Below are positions 1 through 9,873 of a stretch of 64,000 nt of DNA, piece after piece. Below the pieces are notes generated by a model. That model worked only from the letters and a program-made list of their open reading frames with translations. It was not told the origin of the DNA and ran no database searches. Source of the stretch: an uncultured Clostridium sp. (GTDB lineage Bacteria; Bacillota; Clostridia; TANB77; CAG-508); assembly GCA_947651825.1 (NCBI GenBank), contig CANTAQ010000004.1:1606-65605 (forward strand), written 5' to 3'. How positions within the stretch are numbered: position 1 is the stretch's first letter; each line of letters starts with the position of its first letter. The position numbers and the translations under genes are program-made.

Positions 1-17
1 ATGAAATCTATAAACAA

Positions 18-3000
18 ATGCATTTGGATAATAAATTAGCATCAAATTCAATGTTTGAAAGCTATACAATTGAAGAAATGCGTGCTGTTATGTTTACAAA
101 CATTGATGATGAAGAAATATTATGGTTACGTGATTATTCTGAAAAGAGATTTTCAAATATAGTAGATCGTTTTAACCCATTTAAATATATTAATTATACA
201 TTAGGTTATGGTTATTATAGACCACAATATTATAGTCAAGAGAATTATGAAAAATGGGATAAAAAATATAATTTATCAGAATATAATGTTCCCTATCAAG
301 CAGGAAAACCAAAATTATGGATAGTGTTTGAAGAAGGAGCTGTTTGTGGTGGACTTTCTAAAACAGCAGCTAACCTTTATGGAGTATGGGGATATCCAGC
401 CAAAGTTTTAGGTCAACCAGGACATGCTGCTTATACCTATTTATATAATGCTGGTGGTGGAAATTATGCATGGCAATTATCATACAATGTTGCTTCTACG
501 GCTTGGGCAGCTACTGATGGTGGTGGACGTATGCCAAATAGTTGGGGGAATGGATGGTCTAGTGGTGCAGCAAGTAGAGGTTCATATCATTTCTTATCTC
601 AAGAAGCTCAAAATGAATATGATAAATATGAAAAAGCGGAATTAATATTATTACAAGCAGATACATTTAAAAATGATAAAGAAAAATTAGAACAAATTTA
701 TCGTGATGCTTTAGCAGAGGAAATAATTAATTTTGATGCTTGGATTGGTGTAATAAGTTTATATAATGCAGATGATTCTAAAACTGAAGAAGAAAGAATT
801 GCTCTAGCTGAAGAAATTGCAGAAGTAATGGCTTATCATCCATTACCAATGTATGATTTGACAAAACTTGTTGGTACAAAAATCACATCACCAGAGTACA
901 TGAGTAAAATGATGATGTTACAAGAACAAACTTTGCGTAAAGCAACAAAGGCAACAAGTGCAAATACTTTATATCATAAAGAAGTGCCAATAGTTGCAAA
1001 TGCAATTTTAGGTGTAGTTGATTCTAGTATAGGCAACTTCTCTTTTAGTGGGGCAAATGCTGGTAAAATAATTTTATCAAAACAACTACAGAGTGCTCAA
1101 GTAACTTGGAGTTACAGTTTAGATGGTGGTAATACATGGAACGAATGTTATGAACATTCTGTACAACTTACAACTGAAGAGATTGCAAGTATTAATGTAA
1201 ATGATGATATTAAAATTCATATATCAGGCCTACCAATGACAGAAAAAAACATTTATACAATTGATATTACCAAAAGAACATTTCCAAGTGGAGTAGTTTC
1301 AATTAATGATGAAGAAAATCGTATATTGAATGCAACTAATGATATGGAATGGACGCTAGATCCTAATGGGGAATGGAATTCATTTGCTAATACGAATCCA
1401 ATATTTAATGGAAATAAAAGAGTTTATGTCAGAGTAATTGCTGCTGGAACTCAAGTAGCTAGTGATCCAGTATACTTTACTTTTAAAGAAAATAATTCAG
1501 ACGATACAAAATGGTATATTCAATCTAAAAATTTAAAGGTAGTTGAAGTAAATGGAACAGGTGCAGGAGATTATAAGAATGTTCTTGATGGAAATATTAA
1601 TACCTATTGGCGTTCTAAAGCAGGTATGTTTCCAGCTTATGTAACAATTAAATTAGATGAACCAAGATATATATCAGGATTAGATTATGTACCTGATAAG
1701 AGTGCAGTAAATATTGTTAAAGTTCCTTATGGTATAGCAAAGAAGGTTAACATTTATGTAAGTATGGATGGTACTAACTGGGAATTAGCAGCTAGTAAAG
1801 ATAATTTAGGAGAGAATGTTTCTCTAAAACATATTGATTTACCAGAGCCAAAAAAAGCTTTATATGTTAAATTTGAATGCGAAAGTATTTACCCACCAAT
1901 GGATTCGGCGGCTAAGTATAAAGTATTTACTGTATCTGTTATCAAATTATATGAAAATGTTATCGTAAATGAAATACCAAGAGCAGAGGTAAATTATAAC
2001 ATTACTAATGCAACTAACAAAAATGTAATAGCAGAATTGATTAATGAAACAAGACCTATTACAGTAACAAATAATGAGGGAAATAAGACTTATACATTCA
2101 CAGAAAATGGAGAATTTACCTTTGAATTTGTTGATGAAAATGGAAATAAGGGAAGTACAACAGCAACAGTTAACTGGATAGATAAAACTCCTCCTAAAGC
2201 AAATGTTGAATTTAGTACAACTGAACTAACCAATGAAGATGTAGTAGCAACAATTACCTTTGATAAAGAAAATATAACAATACTTTCAAAAGATATACAG
2301 ATTGCTGAAAATCCAGTAGATAAAAGTAAAACAATTACCTTTGAATCTAATGCATCTTATGAATTAGAATTTTCAGATTCATTAGGAAATATAGGGACTA
2401 AAACAATTGCAGTAGATTGGATTGATAAGGAAGAACCAACAGCAAAACTTACTTATAGTACTACTAATCTTACAGATGAACCAGTTACTGTAACATTAGA
2501 ACCAAGTGAAGAAGTAACTGTTACAAATAATATAGAAAGTGAAGATCCATTAAAATATGAATTTACAGAGAATGGAGAATTTACATTTGAATTTGTAGAT
2601 AAAGCAGGTAACCAAGGAACTGCAACAGCTATTGTAAATTGGATTTCAAAGATGCCAGAATATACATTAACATATTCTACAAGGGAATTGACTGCTCAAG
2701 ATGTTATTGTAACATTGGATATAGAAGAAGGATATAGAATAGTAAGTAATAATGGTTCAAATACTTATACATTTACTGAGAATGGTGAATATAATTTTGA
2801 GTATGTAGATGAAAATGGTAACAAAGGAGTTATAAATGTTAAAGTTGATTGGATTGATAAAGAAGCTCCAACAGGAAGTATTGAATTTAATATAACTTCT
2901 AAAACAAATCAATCTGTTATTGCAACATTAATTCCAAGTGAAGAAGTAACTGTTACAAATAATACAGAAAGTGAAGATCCATTAAAATATGAATTTACAG

Positions 3001-3722
3001 AGAATGGAGAATTTACATTTGAATATGTAGATAAAATAGGACATAGAGGAAGTACAACCGCAATAGTAGATTGGATTGATAAAGTGAAACCACAAGCTAC
3101 ATTAGTTTATGATATTACAGAAGAAACAGAATCAAATGTAATAGTAACAGTAGAATTTGACAAAGAAAATGTTACAATTACAAATAATGATGGAAACAAC
3201 ACATATACATTTACAAAAAATGGAGAATTTAAATTTGAGTTTGTTGATGAAGCAGGAAATACAAACTCTATAACAGCAGAAGTTACATGGATTAAGGAAA
3301 AAGAACCAGAAGAAAATCCTGATGAAGATGATGAAATTACTTCTAGTATATATGAAATAGAGGATAATATAATTAGAAAAGTTCCACTAAATCTTGAAAT
3401 GAGTGAATTTATTAAAAATATACAATCTAAAAAAGATATAATAATTAAAGACAAAAATCAAAATATTTTAAATGAAACATCAAAAATAGGAACAGGAATG
3501 AAAGCTTATGTAGGAAAAAACATATATACTTTTGTGGTAAAAGCAGATATTGACGGAAATGGTAGAATTAATTTAACAGACTTAGCTAAAATATGTTTAC
3601 ACTATATAGACCAAAAACCTTTAGTTGATGAATATTTTGAAGCTGCAGATATAGACAATAATAATAAAATAACTATAACAGATTTAGCAAAGATGCAACT
3701 TTTATTAATAGAAAGTGACTAA
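18..3722 (+). CDS. Large secreted multidomain protein, probably 5'-partial. N-terminal transglutaminase-like Cys/His core, F5/8 type C (discoidin) domain, 6-7 tandem ~85-aa Ig-like repeats, C-terminal type-I dockerin.
   Basis: Reading frame is open back to window position 3 and no signal peptide is visible, so the gene probably starts upstream. Motifs AVCGGLSK...GQPGHAAYTY (TGase-like C/H), GDYKNVLDGNINTYWRS (discoidin), repeats each ending VxWIDK. Dockerin calcium-binding pairs DIDGNGRINLTDLAK and DIDNNNKITITDLAK at nt ~3510-3710. Confidence 0.8.
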   Translation: MHLDNKLASNSMFESYTIEEMRAVMFTNIDDEEILWLRDYSEKRFSNIVDRFNPFKYINYTLGYGYYRPQYYSQENYEKWDKKYNLSEYNVPYQAGKPKLWIVFEEGAVCGGLSKTAANLYGVWGYPAKVLGQPGHAAYTYLYNAGGGNYAWQLSYNVASTAWAATDGGGRMPNSWGNGWSSGAASRGSYHFLSQEAQNEYDKYEKAELILLQADTFKNDKEKLEQIYRDALAEEIINFDAWIGVISLYNADDSKTEEERIALAEEIAEVMAYHPLPMYDLTKLVGTKITSPEYMSKMMMLQEQTLRKATKATSANTLYHKEVPIVANAILGVVDSSIGNFSFSGANAGKIILSKQLQSAQVTWSYSLDGGNTWNECYEHSVQLTTEEIASINVNDDIKIHISGLPMTEKNIYTIDITKRTFPSGVVSINDEENRILNATNDMEWTLDPNGEWNSFANTNPIFNGNKRVYVRVIAAGTQVASDPVYFTFKENNSDDTKWYIQSKNLKVVEVNGTGAGDYKNVLDGNINTYWRSKAGMFPAYVTIKLDEPRYISGLDYVPDKSAVNIVKVPYGIAKKVNIYVSMDGTNWELAASKDNLGENVSLKHIDLPEPKKALYVKFECESIYPPMDSAAKYKVFTVSVIKLYENVIVNEIPRAEVNYNITNATNKNVIAELINETRPITVTNNEGNKTYTFTENGEFTFEFVDENGNKGSTTATVNWIDKTPPKANVEFSTTELTNEDVVATITFDKENITILSKDIQIAENPVDKSKTITFESNASYELEFSDSLGNIGTKTIAVDWIDKEEPTAKLTYSTTNLTDEPVTVTLEPSEEVTVTNNIESEDPLKYEFTENGEFTFEFVDKAGNQGTATAIVNWISKMPEYTLTYSTRELTAQDVIVTLDIEEGYRIVSNNGSNTYTFTENGEYNFEYVDENGNKGVINVKVDWIDKEAPTGSIEFNITSKTNQSVIATLIPSEEVTVTNNTESEDPLKYEFTENGEFTFEYVDKIGHRGSTTAIVDWIDKVKPQATLVYDITEETESNVIVTVEFDKENVTITNNDGNNTYTFTKNGEFKFEFVDEAGNTNSITAEVTWIKEKEPEENPDEDDEITSSIYEIEDNIIRKVPLNLEMSEFIKNIQSKKDIIIKDKNQNILNETSKIGTGMKAYVGKNIYTFVVKADIDGNGRINLTDLAKICLHYIDQKPLVDEYFEAADIDNNNKITITDLAKMQLLLIESD

Positions 3723-3751
3723 TAAATTGAAGTAAGGAGAAATATAAAGGA

Positions 3752-4678
3752 ATGAACAACTTAAAAAAGATAAACATAGTTTTAATTATGATAATATTAA
3801 TTGTATGCATGTTTACAGACAAGACATATGCAGTGATTAATTGCAATGTAAGTTTAAATACATCTAAAGATAAAGTAACATATAAAGAACAGTTTTCTGT
3901 TTATGTTACAATATCTAATTTACAGACAACAAAAGGAATTATTGCAATAGGTGCTATGCTAAACTATGATAGAGACTCTTTAACATTAGTTGATATCAAA
4001 GGGGAAAATAATTGGTCAGATCCTTTTTATGAGGATTCAAATGGAAAACTTACATCAGTTAAAAATAAATTATCAACAAATAATGAAAATGTATTCAAGA
4101 TAATATTTGAGGTAAATGAAAATGCAAAAACTGAAAGTAGTGCATGGATAAAAATAAATAATTTTGAGATATCAGATGGAGAAGAAGAAAATAATTGTGG
4201 TGGAAATTCTGTAAATGTTGCTATAGTAGAACCAGATAATGAGAGTTCAGATAATGATAATGAAGGAAGTAATTCAGGAAACGATAATCAGGGAGATAAC
4301 TCAGGAAATATCAATCAAGGAGGTAACTCAGGGAATATTAATCAAGGAGGTACTAATCAAGGTTCTAACATACCAAGTACCAAACCAAGTAAACCAAATA
4401 CTGGAACTATGTCAAAGCCACCAGTTAATATATCTACAAATGTGCAAGGAGAAGATTTAAACAATGAGGATATATCAAATGATAGTATTAATAATGTAGA
4501 CACAAATAATATAGAAGAAGAGACTTCTATAGATGATGAGAATGTAATAAAAAACAACAATGAATATAACATGAAACCAAAGGAAAGTAAAAGAGTAATA
4601 TATATAATAAGTATCATAACGATAACTGCGATTATAGGAATAGTATTCTTGATAAGAAAAATCTGGAGAACAAACTAA
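3752..4678 (+). CDS. Membrane-anchored cohesin-domain protein (small scaffoldin-like). Signal peptide, cohesin-like beta-sandwich, N/Q/G/S-rich linker, C-terminal TM anchor.
   Basis: RBS AAGGAG before ATG. Region aa ~27-160 (nt ~3830-4230) follows the cohesin pattern (GIIAIGAMLNYDRDSLTLVDI ... VFKIIFEVNENAKTESSAWIKINNFEISDG), comparable to C. thermocellum CipA cohesins. Linker NSGNDNQGDNSGNINQGGNSGNINQGG. C-terminal hydrophobic helix VIYIISIITITAIIGIVFLI then RKIWRTN. Confidence 0.6.
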   Translation: MNNLKKINIVLIMIILIVCMFTDKTYAVINCNVSLNTSKDKVTYKEQFSVYVTISNLQTTKGIIAIGAMLNYDRDSLTLVDIKGENNWSDPFYEDSNGKLTSVKNKLSTNNENVFKIIFEVNENAKTESSAWIKINNFEISDGEEENNCGGNSVNVAIVEPDNESSDNDNEGSNSGNDNQGDNSGNINQGGNSGNINQGGTNQGSNIPSTKPSKPNTGTMSKPPVNISTNVQGEDLNNEDISNDSINNVDTNNIEEETSIDDENVIKNNNEYNMKPKESKRVIYIISIITITAIIGIVFLIRKIWRTN

Positions 4679-4686
4679 TATGAGAT

Positions 4687-4730
4687 AAAAACACCATTAA
4701 GCTTTATAGCATATAGATGGTGTTTTTTTA
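4687..4730 (+). terminator. Rho-independent terminator after the cohesin gene.
   Basis: Stem aaacaccat / atggtgttt followed by a T7 run. Confidence 0.6.
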
Positions 4731-4914
4731 TTGCAAAGTAAATTTGGGAAAATGAGATTTTTACAATATTAAGCTGTGTGTACTATTGCATCCTACATTT
4801 TAAACATGAAAAATATGGATAATTTGCCAAAATTATGTAAACGTGATATAATAGGAAAGGTAACTCTTGTATACCTGGGCCATTAATTTTAACAGCTTAA
4901 GGAGGGCTAGTAAA

Positions 4915-5388
4915 ATGGAGATGTATGAAGGCAAGGGCTACTGTCCAAACAATGCATTTTGGCAACGTATGGCAAGACAGGAAAATATTTCTCAATTTTG
5001 GGAGGAGACCATGAACCTTTTAGGAGATAGAATAGGGTATATGGTCTACACCAAGGAGGGAAATAATATTGCAGGAGAATGCTATATTGTAGATGCTTTA
5101 ATGGGTGCCAAAGGAAAATTAGGCATTCAAATTGCGTCTGCTCTCAAGAGGATTATTCCGACTTGCGTCTATGCCGAGGTGGGGTGCCCAATTGTGTGTA
5201 CGGACATTTTAAATCCAAATCAACTTCTCTCTAAAGGAGAGATGAGAGATGGTAAGTGGACGTGCCTCGAAAATGGCAAAAAAACGAGCAATGGACAGGA
5301 TGCCACAAACTTCTATGAGGATGAACGCTACAGTGTTATCGTCCAGGAGGGCGAAGGAGAAGTGCGAATTTATCTCTACAAAAAGTAA
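4915..5388 (+). CDS. Small GNAT-like acetyltransferase (tentative), on a locally GC-richer island.
   Basis: RBS AAGGAGGG 9 nt before ATG 4915 (the listed ORF start at 4867 lacks an RBS). Motif KGKLGIQIASALKRI resembles GNAT motif A (Q/R-x-x-G-x-G/A). Composition is visibly GC-richer than the flanks. Confidence 0.4.
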   Translation: MEMYEGKGYCPNNAFWQRMARQENISQFWEETMNLLGDRIGYMVYTKEGNNIAGECYIVDALMGAKGKLGIQIASALKRIIPTCVYAEVGCPIVCTDILNPNQLLSKGEMRDGKWTCLENGKKTSNGQDATNFYEDERYSVIVQEGEGEVRIYLYKK

Positions 5389-5595
5389 CTCCAGAATGGG
5401 GGAGCTTTAACCAAGGCAAAGCTTGAGGACCAGCAGAAATGCTGGCCCTCTTACTATTTAAAAGATATTTTACTTAATATACTATAAATTATTAAGAACA
5501 TAGAAAAGCATGAAAAGGTTATACTTGATTTATTACGCCTTTTATAGTAAAATCATATAGTATAATTGTCATAAAAGATAAGGAGAGTAAGGCAT

Positions 5596-6621
5596 ATGGA
5601 AAAATTATTACAAATAAAAGATATTGTAAATAATTTTATAAAAGAACATAGAAAAATAACTATGAGAGCATTAGCAGCTCTAATTGTTATTATAACAATA
5701 TTGGTTATTACATCAGCATTGAAGAAAGATAAAATTGGAAATTCAGCAGGAAATTTAATAAATAATAATGGAATATCAGCAACAGAGGGAAAGTGGATTT
5801 ATTATGTGGAATTTGATGATGGTGAGCCATCTGGAATATATAAAGTAAGAAATAGTGGAAGCAAGACAAAGAAAGTAAAAAGTGGATATTTTGAGTATTT
5901 AAATATAATAGACAAGTATATATATTGTCTAGAAAAAGATGAAGACAAAAATCAATATAATTTAGTAAAGATGAAAACAAATGGAAGCAAGAAAGAAACA
6001 TTAGCAAAAAACATAGACTATGCACCAGTAACAGCAACAGCTGGAAGAATATATTACTTTAAAGATAAAAACTTATATAGTATAAAAGATAATGGAAGTG
6101 ATAGACAAAAGATATCAGATAAAAATATTAGTTATTATGAGATTTGTGGAAATATGATGTATTATATTTATGAAAATGACGGAAAAAGTTATATAGCTAA
6201 AATGAAATTAAATGGAAAAAACAATAACGTAAGAATAGGAAAATTAGATGATTCAGAGTATGTAGCGCTTCATGTAAAAGGAAATAAAATATATTATATA
6301 GTTCATGAAGAAGAAAAAACATATAAGTTATATAGAATGAATAAAAACGGAGAAAAAGAAGAAAGAATATATTCTTTTTCAGAAGAGATAGATTATATAA
6401 ATATGCAAGATGATGCAATATATTATGTAGTAAAAGATGGTGGATATAAGATATCTACAATAAACTATAAAGCTGGAAATAAAGGAACTATTAAAAAATT
6501 TGACAGTGAAGTTAAATTTAATATATCAAATAAATGGGTATTTTATGTAACAGAAAACAAAGATAATGAAATTATAATCGAAAGAATAACCATAAAAGGT
6601 GAGAAAGAACAATCATTATAA
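5596..6621 (+). CDS. DUF5050-type beta-propeller repeat protein with N-terminal TM anchor.
   Basis: N-terminal hydrophobic helix. Repeated KIYYI / MMYYIYENDGKSY / IYYVVKDGGYK blades typical of DUF5050, a family common in Clostridia. Confidence 0.5.
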   Translation: MEKLLQIKDIVNNFIKEHRKITMRALAALIVIITILVITSALKKDKIGNSAGNLINNNGISATEGKWIYYVEFDDGEPSGIYKVRNSGSKTKKVKSGYFEYLNIIDKYIYCLEKDEDKNQYNLVKMKTNGSKKETLAKNIDYAPVTATAGRIYYFKDKNLYSIKDNGSDRQKISDKNISYYEICGNMMYYIYENDGKSYIAKMKLNGKNNNVRIGKLDDSEYVALHVKGNKIYYIVHEEEKTYKLYRMNKNGEKEERIYSFSEEIDYINMQDDAIYYVVKDGGYKISTINYKAGNKGTIKKFDSEVKFNISNKWVFYVTENKDNEIIIERITIKGEKEQSL

Positions 6622-6644
6622 TACACACTCTATTAGAAGGGAAA

Positions 6645-8300
6645 GTGATAATAATGCAAATAATGTATAAAAGTAATAAAATGCAAATAGAAGAGGGAAC
6701 AAGAGTTAAAGATGCTTTAGAAGAAGAAATAAAAAAACAAAAGGACAATGTAATAGCATGTAAATTCAATAATGAAGTAAAGAGTCTAGACTATAGACTA
6801 AACAAAGACGGAGATGTAGAATTAGTATATTTGACTGATAAAGATGGAATGAGAGTATATATGAGAGGTATTATATATATAGTAAGTAAAGCCTTTAAAG
6901 AGCTTTTCCCAAAATGTTTAATTACGGTTAATTATCAATTATATAATTCAATGTTCTGTAATATATATAATCTTGAAATAACAGATGAAGTAATAAAAAA
7001 GGTAGATAGTAAAGCAAGAGAGATAATAGAAAAAGATTTAAGTATAGAAAAACGCTCTATGACAAGACAAGAAGCAGAAGAGTTTTACAAGAAAAATGAT
7101 ACACTAATGGGAAAATTACAACTAGATATGGAAGAAAAAGAAGAAGTAACACTATACTATTGTGAAGATTATTTTAACTATTTTTTTGGTGTAATGCCAA
7201 TATCTACAGGGATTATTAAAAACTTTGAAATTATAAAATATGATGATGGGATTTTAATAAGATATCCAAATGAAAAACATCCAGAAAAATTAGTTGAATT
7301 TAAAGAAACACCAAAATTATATAACACACTAAAAGAGTATGATGATCTTCATAAAATATTAAAAATAGATACAATATATAAGTTAAATAAAGTTGTAGAT
7401 GAAAATAAAATTAAAGACTATATACTTCTAGATGAAGCATTACATGAGAAAAAAATAGCACAGATAGCAGATGAAATTGTAAAAAATAAAGGAATAAAAT
7501 TAATTACAATAGCAGGACCATCATCGTCAGGTAAAACAACATTTTCGAAGAGATTAGAAATACAAATGAGAATTAATGGACTAAAACCAGTAACAATATC
7601 AGTTGATAATTACTTTGTAGAAAGAGAAGCTACTCCACTAGATGAAAATGGAAAATATGACTTTGAATGTATTGAAGCAATAGATACAAAATTATTAAAT
7701 CAAGATTTAATAAAACTATTAAATGGAGAAGAAATTGATGCACCAACATTTAACTTCCATACAGGGCATAAAGAATATAGAGGAAACAAAATGAAACTAG
7801 GGAAAGATGAAGTATTAGTAATGGAAGGAATTCATTGTTTAAATGATGAATTAACATATTTAATTCCAAAAGAACAAAAATATAAAATCTATATTAGTGC
7901 ATTAACAGTTTTAAATATGGACTATTACAATAGAATTTCAACAACAGATACAAGACTAATTAGAAGAATAGTAAGAGATAATCAATTTAGAGGATATAGT
8001 GCAAAACATACATTAGAAATGTGGGAATCTGTAAAAGCAGGAGAACTTAAAAATATATTTAAGTTCCAAGAAGAAGCAGATGCAATGTTTAATTCATCAT
8101 TGATATACGAATTAGGAGTTCTAAAGAAATATGCAGAACCATTATTAAAAGAAATAGAAGTAGAATCTCCATTATATTCTGAAGCCAAAAGATTACTTAC
8201 AATGCTTAAATATTTTAAAAGCATACCAGATAAGTATATTCCAATAAAATCATTGATTAGAGAGTTTATTGGTGGCAGTGTATTTGAAGAAACAAACTAA
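6645..8300 (+). CDS. Uridine/nucleoside kinase-like protein with ThrRS-type N-terminal TGS and second-additional domains.
   Basis: P-loop GPSSSGKTTFSKRL of the PRK/uridine kinase family. N-terminal TGS-like region (KMQIEEGTRVKDALEE..). Confidence 0.8.
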   Translation: MIIMQIMYKSNKMQIEEGTRVKDALEEEIKKQKDNVIACKFNNEVKSLDYRLNKDGDVELVYLTDKDGMRVYMRGIIYIVSKAFKELFPKCLITVNYQLYNSMFCNIYNLEITDEVIKKVDSKAREIIEKDLSIEKRSMTRQEAEEFYKKNDTLMGKLQLDMEEKEEVTLYYCEDYFNYFFGVMPISTGIIKNFEIIKYDDGILIRYPNEKHPEKLVEFKETPKLYNTLKEYDDLHKILKIDTIYKLNKVVDENKIKDYILLDEALHEKKIAQIADEIVKNKGIKLITIAGPSSSGKTTFSKRLEIQMRINGLKPVTISVDNYFVEREATPLDENGKYDFECIEAIDTKLLNQDLIKLLNGEEIDAPTFNFHTGHKEYRGNKMKLGKDEVLVMEGIHCLNDELTYLIPKEQKYKIYISALTVLNMDYYNRISTTDTRLIRRIVRDNQFRGYSAKHTLEMWESVKAGELKNIFKFQEEADAMFNSSLIYELGVLKKYAEPLLKEIEVESPLYSEAKRLLTMLKYFKSIPDKYIPIKSLIREFIGGSVFEETN

Positions 8301-8319
8301 ATAAGGAGTTTTAGAAAAA

Positions 8320-8631
8320 ATGGATAGTTTATTTACTGAAATAGATGAAGAATTTATTTGTGAAAATTGTGGTAAAAAAGTTTCTAAACTAGGATACTCA
8401 TGTAGAAATCATTGTAATAATTGTTTGTGTTCAAAACATGTAGATAAAAACCCAGGAGATAGAAACGAAGACTGTCATGGATTATTAGAACCAATAGGAG
8501 TAGAAATAAGTAACAAGAAAGGGTATGTAATAATTCATAAATGCAGAAAATGTGGTGAAATAAGAAAAAATAAAGCAGCAGAAGATGATAACATAGATTT
8601 AATAATAAAATTAACTGTAAATAACAGTTAA
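8320..8631 (+). CDS. RNHCP domain-containing protein.
   Basis: CENCGKK...CRNHCNNCLCSKH...CRKCG, the diagnostic RNHCP cysteine motif. Confidence 0.7.
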   Translation: MDSLFTEIDEEFICENCGKKVSKLGYSCRNHCNNCLCSKHVDKNPGDRNEDCHGLLEPIGVEISNKKGYVIIHKCRKCGEIRKNKAAEDDNIDLIIKLTVNNS

Positions 8632-8644
8632 AAAATTATACAAA

Positions 8645-8673
8645 AATAGCTCCCGTTCATGGGAGCTATTTTA
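8645..8673. terminator. Bidirectional terminator between convergent genes.
   Basis: tagctccc gttcat gggagcta, followed by a T run. Confidence 0.6.
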
Positions 8674-8675
8674 AG

Positions 8676-9578
8676 CTATTCTATATTTTGTAAAGCTTCA
8701 ATTCTAGCTTCAATAGTAGGATGAGTATCAAACAATCCAGCTTTTTTCTTTCCTTTTTTTGATTTAAAAGGATTTACTATAAATAAGTTAGCTGTAGCGT
8801 TATTTGCTGATTTTAATTCATTTGAATCTGCATCTAATTTTTGAAGTGCGGAGATTAAACCTTGAGGATTACGTGTTATTTCAACGGCTGTAGCATCAGC
8901 TAGAAATTCTCTACGCCTAGAAAAAGACATTTGCATTATTTTTCCAAGTATTGGAGAAACAATTAATAAAACAAGGCCAATAACCATTAAAATTGCATTT
9001 CCTTTATTATCGTCATCTTTACTACTTCTTCCCCATAAGAAAGAGCGAGAAAACAAATCTGAAATCATTACTAGGAATCCAACCATAACTGTAATAATAG
9101 CAGAAAGCATGATATCATAATTGCGAATGTGGCTCATCTCATGAGCAATAACTCCCTCTAATTCATAATATTCTAATTTTTCTAACAAACCAGTGGTTAC
9201 ACAAATTATAGCATGTTCAGGATTTCTACCTGTTGCAAAAGCATTAGGTTGTGGATCATCTACGACATATAATCTAGGACGAGCTGGAAGATCTGCAGAA
9301 ATCATCAATGCATCTAAAATGTGTACTATTTTTTGGTCTTCTTCTAATGTTGCAGGCCTAGCTTTAGTTACAGATAATATTATTTTATCACTATTATAAT
9401 ATGAAGCCCAACTAGATAAGATAGAGAAAGTCATTGCAATTATTATTGCAATAGGGGCATCAATATCAAAAGCCATTGCTAGGAAGTAAATGATTAAGGT
9501 AATTACTAAAATAAAACTACCTATAATGAAACCAGATTTCATTTTATTTCTTTTTATATCTTCAAACATAATTATCAC
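8676..9578 (-). CDS. htpX: M48 zinc metalloprotease HtpX.
   Basis: HEMSHIRNYD (HExxH) motif, N-terminal TM helices, M48 architecture. Confidence 0.85.
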   Translation of the reverse strand: MIIMFEDIKRNKMKSGFIIGSFILVITLIIYFLAMAFDIDAPIAIIIAMTFSILSSWASYYNSDKIILSVTKARPATLEEDQKIVHILDALMISADLPARPRLYVVDDPQPNAFATGRNPEHAIICVTTGLLEKLEYYELEGVIAHEMSHIRNYDIMLSAIITVMVGFLVMISDLFSRSFLWGRSSKDDDNKGNAILMVIGLVLLIVSPILGKIMQMSFSRRREFLADATAVEITRNPQGLISALQKLDADSNELKSANNATANLFIVNPFKSKKGKKKAGLFDTHPTIEARIEALQNIE

Positions 9579-9747
9579 CTAAAACAAATTATAACATAAT
9601 AAGATTAAATTTACAATAAATATAGTAGTTGCTAAATAATACATATTTAAATATATTAGAATATATAACATAAATTCATTATAATAAGGTTTATTAGTGC
9701 AAAATAGTATCGAGTAAAATTTATCATATTTAAGCAATTGAAAACTA

Positions 9748-9776
9748 TTGCAAAAGTGGGTGCAATATGGTAGAAT
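9748..9776 (+). promoter_or_regulatory. SigA-type promoter for the pilin-like adhesin locus.
   Basis: TTGCAA (9748-9753), 17-nt spacer, TAGAAT (9771-9776). Confidence 0.45.
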
Positions 9777-9807
9777 ATGTTTGATAAAAACAAAGGAGGA
9801 AAAGAAA

Positions 9808-9873
9808 ATGTTTATAGTACAAAACGATGAAAGCCTTGAGAGAGTACACACACACACACACACACACAAGTAG
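9808..9873 (+). CDS. 21-codon upstream ORF (MFIVQNDESLERVHTHTHTHK) containing a (CA)11 tract.
   Basis: AAAGGAGG RBS 7 nt upstream of ATG 9808. The CA tract encodes alternating His-Thr. Stop TAG at 9871. Confidence 0.35.
   Translation: MFIVQNDESLERVHTHTHTHK
9847..9868. repeat. (CA)11 dinucleotide microsatellite.
   Basis: Direct read: cacacacacacacacacacaca. Confidence 0.95.

Noticed and set aside
3107-3454. 115-aa minus-strand ORF inside the dockerin protein gene.
   Set aside because: It is fully embedded antisense in a well-supported multidomain CDS, with low-complexity S/F/I content and no RBS.
9579-9869. Minus-strand ORF of 96 aa beginning MCVCVCVC.
   Set aside because: It is the reverse reading of the (CA)11 tract and upstream promoter DNA. 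It has no RBS, its sequence is low-complexity, and it overlaps a real promoter/uORF on the other strand.
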